This document shows positions 50,163 to 64,000 of a DNA stretch of 64,000 nt, piece after piece (position 1 is the first letter of the stretch; each line of letters opens with the position of its first letter). A program made the position numbers and the translations under genes. This DNA comes from the human T2T-CHM13v2.0 reference genome, Homo sapiens: NCBI RefSeq assembly GCF_009914755.1, contig NC_060930.1, one strand, 5' to 3'. A model generated the notes under the pieces. That model did not search any database. It was not told the origin of the DNA and worked only from the letters and a program-made list of their open reading frames with translations.

Positions 50163-50458
50163 GGCTGGGTGCAGTGGCTCACACCTCTAATCCTAGCACT
50201 TTGGGAGGCCAACACAGGCAGATGGCATGAGCTCAGGAGTTCAAGACGAGTCTGGGCAACATTGTGAAACCCCATCTCTACAAAAAAATACAAAAATTAG
50301 CCAGGCGTGTTGCCACATCCTGGTAGTCCCACCTACTCAGGAGGCTGAGGTGGGAGGATTGCTTGAGCTCAGGAGGTGGAAGCTGCGGTGAGCCAAGATC
50401 ATGTCACTGCCTAGGTGACAACGTGAGACCCTGTCTCAAATGAAAAAAAAAAAAAAAA
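50163..50458 (+). mobile_element. AluJ
   Basis: Diverged dimer with an A-tail. Confidence 0.9.
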
Positions 50459-51957
50459 CCTATTCAGAGATACAATCAGCTCTTACTTTAGAGTCAAAGA
50501 ATCTCTGTCAATAACTTGCCAAAGTGGCTCCCTCACCGCAATCCCAATTCCCCAGAATAAAATTGTAAAGATTCCAAGATAAACTTTGTGAAGTTTAAAA
50601 GCTCATGCTATAATTACACACCAAAACAGAAGCAACTTCTCAAAGAAATCTGCTATACTCAACTAATAAAAGAAACAATTAGAGATAAGGGCATGATATA
50701 ATAGCTTTTATCTGTCCAAACAAAATTGAATTCTTACTTGTACCCTCCCCTTCTAAATAAACCCAGAAACACAGGAGGAAAATAAGAACAAAAGGACAGA
50801 CTTTCCACTCTGAAATTATGCTGCTAGCAACAACTGCTATTTGTCCCTTTTATGCCTGCTCAAATGATGTCACAGTTTGGTCCCAGGTTCTGGGAAATCC
50901 AATCAACTCTCATCCTGGCCACTTATCAGTCCTTCACTCAGTTGCCAAACTGATCACTGAATCCTAGCTCCTAAATAAATCCCTTGAACTTTTCCCCAGT
51001 TCTGCACCTTTTCTACCCCCACAGCTACCACTAAGAAACAGGTCCTCGTCATTCCTATTTGGACCTAACAGCCATCTACTTCCAATGTCATCCAACTTTT
51101 GTCCTTTCCACCAACCACACTGCTGCAAAACTGATCACAAAATTCTCCTCTGTAAAACTATACAGCAAACTGTTAAGCAGTGGTTATCTCTAGTGAATGG
51201 GATTACAGGGACTTTTCACTGCCTATTTTTTTATTACTTGTTTGCATGTTATGACAAACATGTATTCCCTTTACAATCAGAAAAAAAAATCACTATTTCC
51301 ATTTTGGGAACTAAAATAATTTATTCCACTTGGAATCTATTACTCCCTTTCTCCATCAGGTTAAACACCAAATTCTATAGCCTGGCACACATTATCATGC
51401 TCTCCCTCTCTCTCAAACGCATCTCCAACCTCCATCCTGAGTATTTGCTCTAGACATCCTGAATGACTTGCTGTTGTTCTTTCCTCCACAATTTTATACA
51501 TTTTGCTTCCTCTGCATAGACTAAACAATAATCTTGAGTCTGTTCCATATAAGCAATCTATCTCCCACTAATAGCTATCATAAATTATTAATCTAAGAAT
51601 GAAGTTTCACTTGCTCACCTGCAGCACACTATTCCTACAGTCTGCGGCCTACAGTCCCACCATTATACCAACATACTAAATTCTTTCCTTCTGGTCAGGG
51701 TAACTGATGTTTTTAAAAGGATAAAATAAAATGACACTTTGCATCCATAGCCTGAGAGATGACATGGGAGGAGGCAGCACAATGCAGAGTACTAACTTTG
51801 GGTAGGGGCAGGAACAGCAGACAAATATAGGGCAAGGACCATCATTAAATTTGCTGCACAACTTTTCGGAGTGTAATAGCTTTACTTCAAGTGTTGCAAA
51901 TTTCCACATCAAGTAAAAGCACAACAAAGTTAAATTTGAAAACACTAAGAATATCTG

Positions 51958-52262
51958 AGCTGGGTGCTGTGGCTCACACCTGTAATTTCAGCACTTTGGG
52001 AAGCCAAGGCAGGCAGATCACTAGAGGTCAGGAGTTCGAGACCAGCCTGGCCAACATGATGAAACTCCATCTCTACTAAAAATACAAAAGTTAGCTGAGC
52101 GTGGTGGCACACACTTGTAATCCCAGCTTCTCCAAAGGCTGAGGCAGGAGAATCGCATGAACCCAGGAGGTGGAGGTTTCCGTGAGCCGAGATCACACCA
52201 TTGCTCTCCAGCCTGGGTGACAGAGTGAGATTCTGTCTCAAAAAAAAAAAAGAAAAAAAAAA
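51958..52262 (+). mobile_element. Alu
   Basis: Full dimer. Confidence 0.93.
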
Positions 52263-52264
52263 GC

Positions 52265-53676
<1,412 letters not shown>

Positions 53677-53865
53677 AAAAAAAAAAAAAAAAAAAAGCCC
53701 CTGGCTAGAGGGCCCTAAACAAACATTTATGGAAAATGCACTAATTCATCAATCAGTCAATATCCTAGAATGTTTATAGAAAAGTACATTCTGACAATTT
53801 TTGATAGCCAATTTGCCTTCATCAGTCTCCCTTCATTAGAGATCATTGCTTGCTCCACAGGCAAA

Positions 53866-58570
<4,705 letters not shown>

Positions 58571-58855
58571 TAGTTCTCATTATCTTTATAAATCCTGTTA
58601 CAGACTTAAACGTTGGGGTAGGAGTTAGAAAAACCAATATATAGCTATTCATGTACTCAGCACCAATATATCAGATGCTGAAACATATTATGTGATATTA
58701 AGGAAGGCATTGTATATTTCTGGACTTCTTCTGAGGCAAGCAATTTGAACCAGATAAGATTCCACATAGCTCTAAACGCTTATGTTGTATTTATACTGCT
58801 ACCCGTAAGTACATCCAAGAGGAGATTTTTAAGTTTTTAATTATATAGGTTCTTA

Positions 58856-59165
58856 GGCTGGTCATGGTGGCTCACGCCTGTAATCCCAGCACTTTGGGAG
58901 GCGGAGGCAGGTAAATCACTTGAGGTCTGGATTCAAGACCAGCCTGGCCAACATGGAGAAAACCCATCTCTACTAAAAATAGAAAAATTAGCCCAGCGTG
59001 GTGGCAGGTGCCTGTAATCCCAGCTACTGGGGAGGCTGAAGCATGAGAAACACTTGAAACTGGGAGGCAGAGGTTGCAGTGAGCCAGGATCACACCACTA
59101 CGCTCTAGCCTGGGTGACAGAGCAAGACTCTGTCTCAAAAAATAATAAAATAAAATAAAAAATAA
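58856..59165 (+). mobile_element. Alu
   Basis: TSD aattatataggtt. Confidence 0.94.
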
Positions 59166-59491
59166 ATTATATAGGTTATTAAAACTCCTACTTTATGTAA
59201 ACCAATATAGTAATAAGAAATTGATCCACAGATTCACTTTGAAATTTTATAGTAATTATCATGACAAATTAAAGTACATTTTGATTTACATACTCTTTCC
59301 TATCCCTCTACATATTTCTACTTTAGAAAGTTCTCTCTTTCAGAAAAACAAAGTTTTAACTGGACATCTGTTGATCACAGTGCTATTTATAATAATAAAA
59401 AGTTATAAATAAGCATCAATCAACAGAGTAACTGGTTAAACAAATAAAGGTACATGTATACAGACTATAGTTATTAAAAATGTAGAACAAG

Positions 59492-59812
<321 letters not shown>

Positions 59813-60259
59813 AAAAATGTAGAACACTGGTTCTGATCTGTCATGGAAAAAAAGAAAAATAGAATCAAATTTTAAAAGTAAAAGAAAAGAAAAATGTAGA
59901 ACAGTGATTTTGGGAGGAAAGAAGGTCAGAAAGCAGATTTTTACCCATACTCACAAGAATAACTGCATATAATTAAAGATATTATTGATGGAAGGGTTGT
60001 AGATGTAAATGGTATAGATTTTCTTTAGGAAAAAAGGACAGAACACAACTATTGGAAAAGAAGGTTTAGTAAAATGGAAAAATATTCATTATATATTGTA
60101 AAATGTAAAATACAGGCTACTAAAAAGTATGTAGAATATGATTGCATTTTGGAGAAAAGTAGGTATTTCCTGAGAAAGAAGTGTAGAAAAACATACCACA
60201 CCATTCATAATGGTTATCTATGAATAACTTTACTTCTTTTTGCTTATCTTTGTTTCCTA

Positions 60260-60870
<611 letters not shown>

Positions 60871-60997
60871 CTTTATTTATTTTTTTAATTTAATTTGAGA
60901 AAAGATAAGGTCTTCTCCTTTACCTTTTTTCTTTATTTTCAAGGCTAAAGTAAAAGAGCCCATCATCAAACCAATTTTTCTTTCCTAATATAATAAA

Positions 60998-61258
60998 CTT
61001 TTTTTGTTGTTGTCTTGCTCTGTCACCCAGGCTGGAGTGCAGTGGCACAATCTCGGCTCACTGCAGTGGCACAATCTCAGCTCACTGCAACCTCCGCCTC
61101 TCAGGTTCAAGTGATTCTCTTGCCTCAGCCTCCCGAGTAGCTGGGATTACAGACGCGTGCCACCACGCCCGGCTAATTTTGGTATTTTTAGTAGAGACGG
61201 GGTTTTGCCATGTTGCCAGGCTGGTCTCGAACTCCTGACCTCAGGTGATCCACCCGCC
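60998..61258 (-). mobile_element. 5'-truncated Alu with a 24-bp internal duplication
   Basis: tgcagtggcacaatctc(g/a)gctcac appears twice; homology stops at ccacccgcc. Confidence 0.9.
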
Positions 61259-61489
61259 GCGACAGGCGAGGGATGGACATTCATGGCGAATACTTTTTTA
61301 TAACAATTCATTACAGATGTGGATAAAATTCTATCTTCCTGCTGAATCTAACCAGATTAATCCTCACTCTCAAAAAACTGACTATAATTTTTACTCAATA
61401 TCTACCCTTTTTATTTACTAACTTAACCTTCAGGGAAATTTATCATTGAAACCCCTCTATACAGATTTAGCGAATAAATAAACTAATGC

Positions 61490-61660
61490 TTTGCTGGAGA
61501 CTTTTATACATTTTGACTCAATTACTCCTCGCAACAATCAGTGAGGAGTATTTTGTCATCCAACAGATCTTACAGATGGGGAAACTGAGATACAGAGAGA
61601 TTATTTAACTACCAGAATCCCACTGCTAGACAGTATTTATTAGCTGAGATTTGAAATAGG
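61490..61660 (-). mobile_element. MIR
   Basis: ttacagatggggaaactgagatacagagag. Confidence 0.7.
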
Positions 61661-62228
61661 TTTTCAAAAGATTTTGGTACATCACAGTTTGTTTTTCCTT
61701 TGTATGTATATTTACTAGGAATCAGGAGCAAAAATCCTTCCCCGAGAACGGAAAATATGAGTAGTTTGTTAAGAGGGAATAAACATTATTCAAATCATTT
61801 AGTCCCCAAAAAATACTGTTTATTCAAATGCTGAAAAAGAAAATGTCTTTGTGACAGTAAACTAAACAAGGAGGCTTGGCTAATTGGCTTAGAGCAAAGG
61901 TAAAATCTAATATGACTCTGTTCTCTTCACTATTATAAATACCAAATTTCTCTGTGGTGTTTTCCTATCACTTATCTAAAAAGATAAGGACAACATCAGC
62001 ATTATAAGGCTTTGCTTAAAAAAAATTATCCTAAATGTTAAGTCTTTATACTTACATGGACATGAAAGTCAACAAAATGTGTTTTGGTTGATTATGAAAA
62101 GTCTTTACACAGTGTGGGAGACAGTTATAGTTCATAAATTGTACTTATCATTAAGAATGTGGGTTTTAACTGCTTAACATTAACTCAAAGATTTCTTTCC
62201 CACCTTTCATTGAACCCTTTGTTCCACA

Positions 62229-63873
<1,645 letters not shown>

Positions 63874-64000
63874 TAAACTTCCTGCTTTTTAGTAAGTCAA
63901 AAATAATTACCAACTATAAAATGGGTAAAGACTAGTGAGGTTGGAAGAGGGGTGGTACCTCAACCATGAACTACAGGTCCTAGGAGCTAAGAGAGATGTA

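Noticed and set aside
59813-59907. Third copy of aaaaatgtagaaca suggesting a tiny A-tailed retro-insertion or 3' transduction
   Set aside because: The intervening sequence is low-complexity and compatible with decayed L1M 3' sequence; cannot be told from chance.

Overview
Primate (human-like) intronic DNA, AT-rich and saturated with transposable elements. The only protein-coding sequence I can support is one 76-bp minus-strand exon at 14702-14777. It reads (G)[25 protein letters not shown], which is coding exon 2 of the Mediator kinase CDK19 (the paralog CDK8 reads KDDKDY). The rest of the window is CDK19 intron 1 (14778-64000) and intron 2 (1-14701). These introns hold about 70 Alu/FLAM/FRAM copies, a solo MER11 (HML-8) LTR, a complete two-LTR THE1A element co-oriented with CDK19, MST/MLT1 LTRs, a full-span Tigger2 broken up by seven Alus, MER1A/MER44/MER102 DNA transposons and nested L1M, L2 and MIR fossils. 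Nearly all other ORFs in the track are Alu, LTR or L1 artefacts. I see no convincing new biological system. The best leads are: a THE1A LTR promoter/splice donor that could give an N-truncated CDK19; a candidate 96-nt poison exon; an orphan CpG-rich 35-mer fused to a damaged Alu; a fused inverted-Alu hairpin; and two nested, unusually long direct repeats flanking L1 insertions. Repeat subfamily calls come from remembered consensus sequences, and boundaries are approximate except where TSDs fix them.
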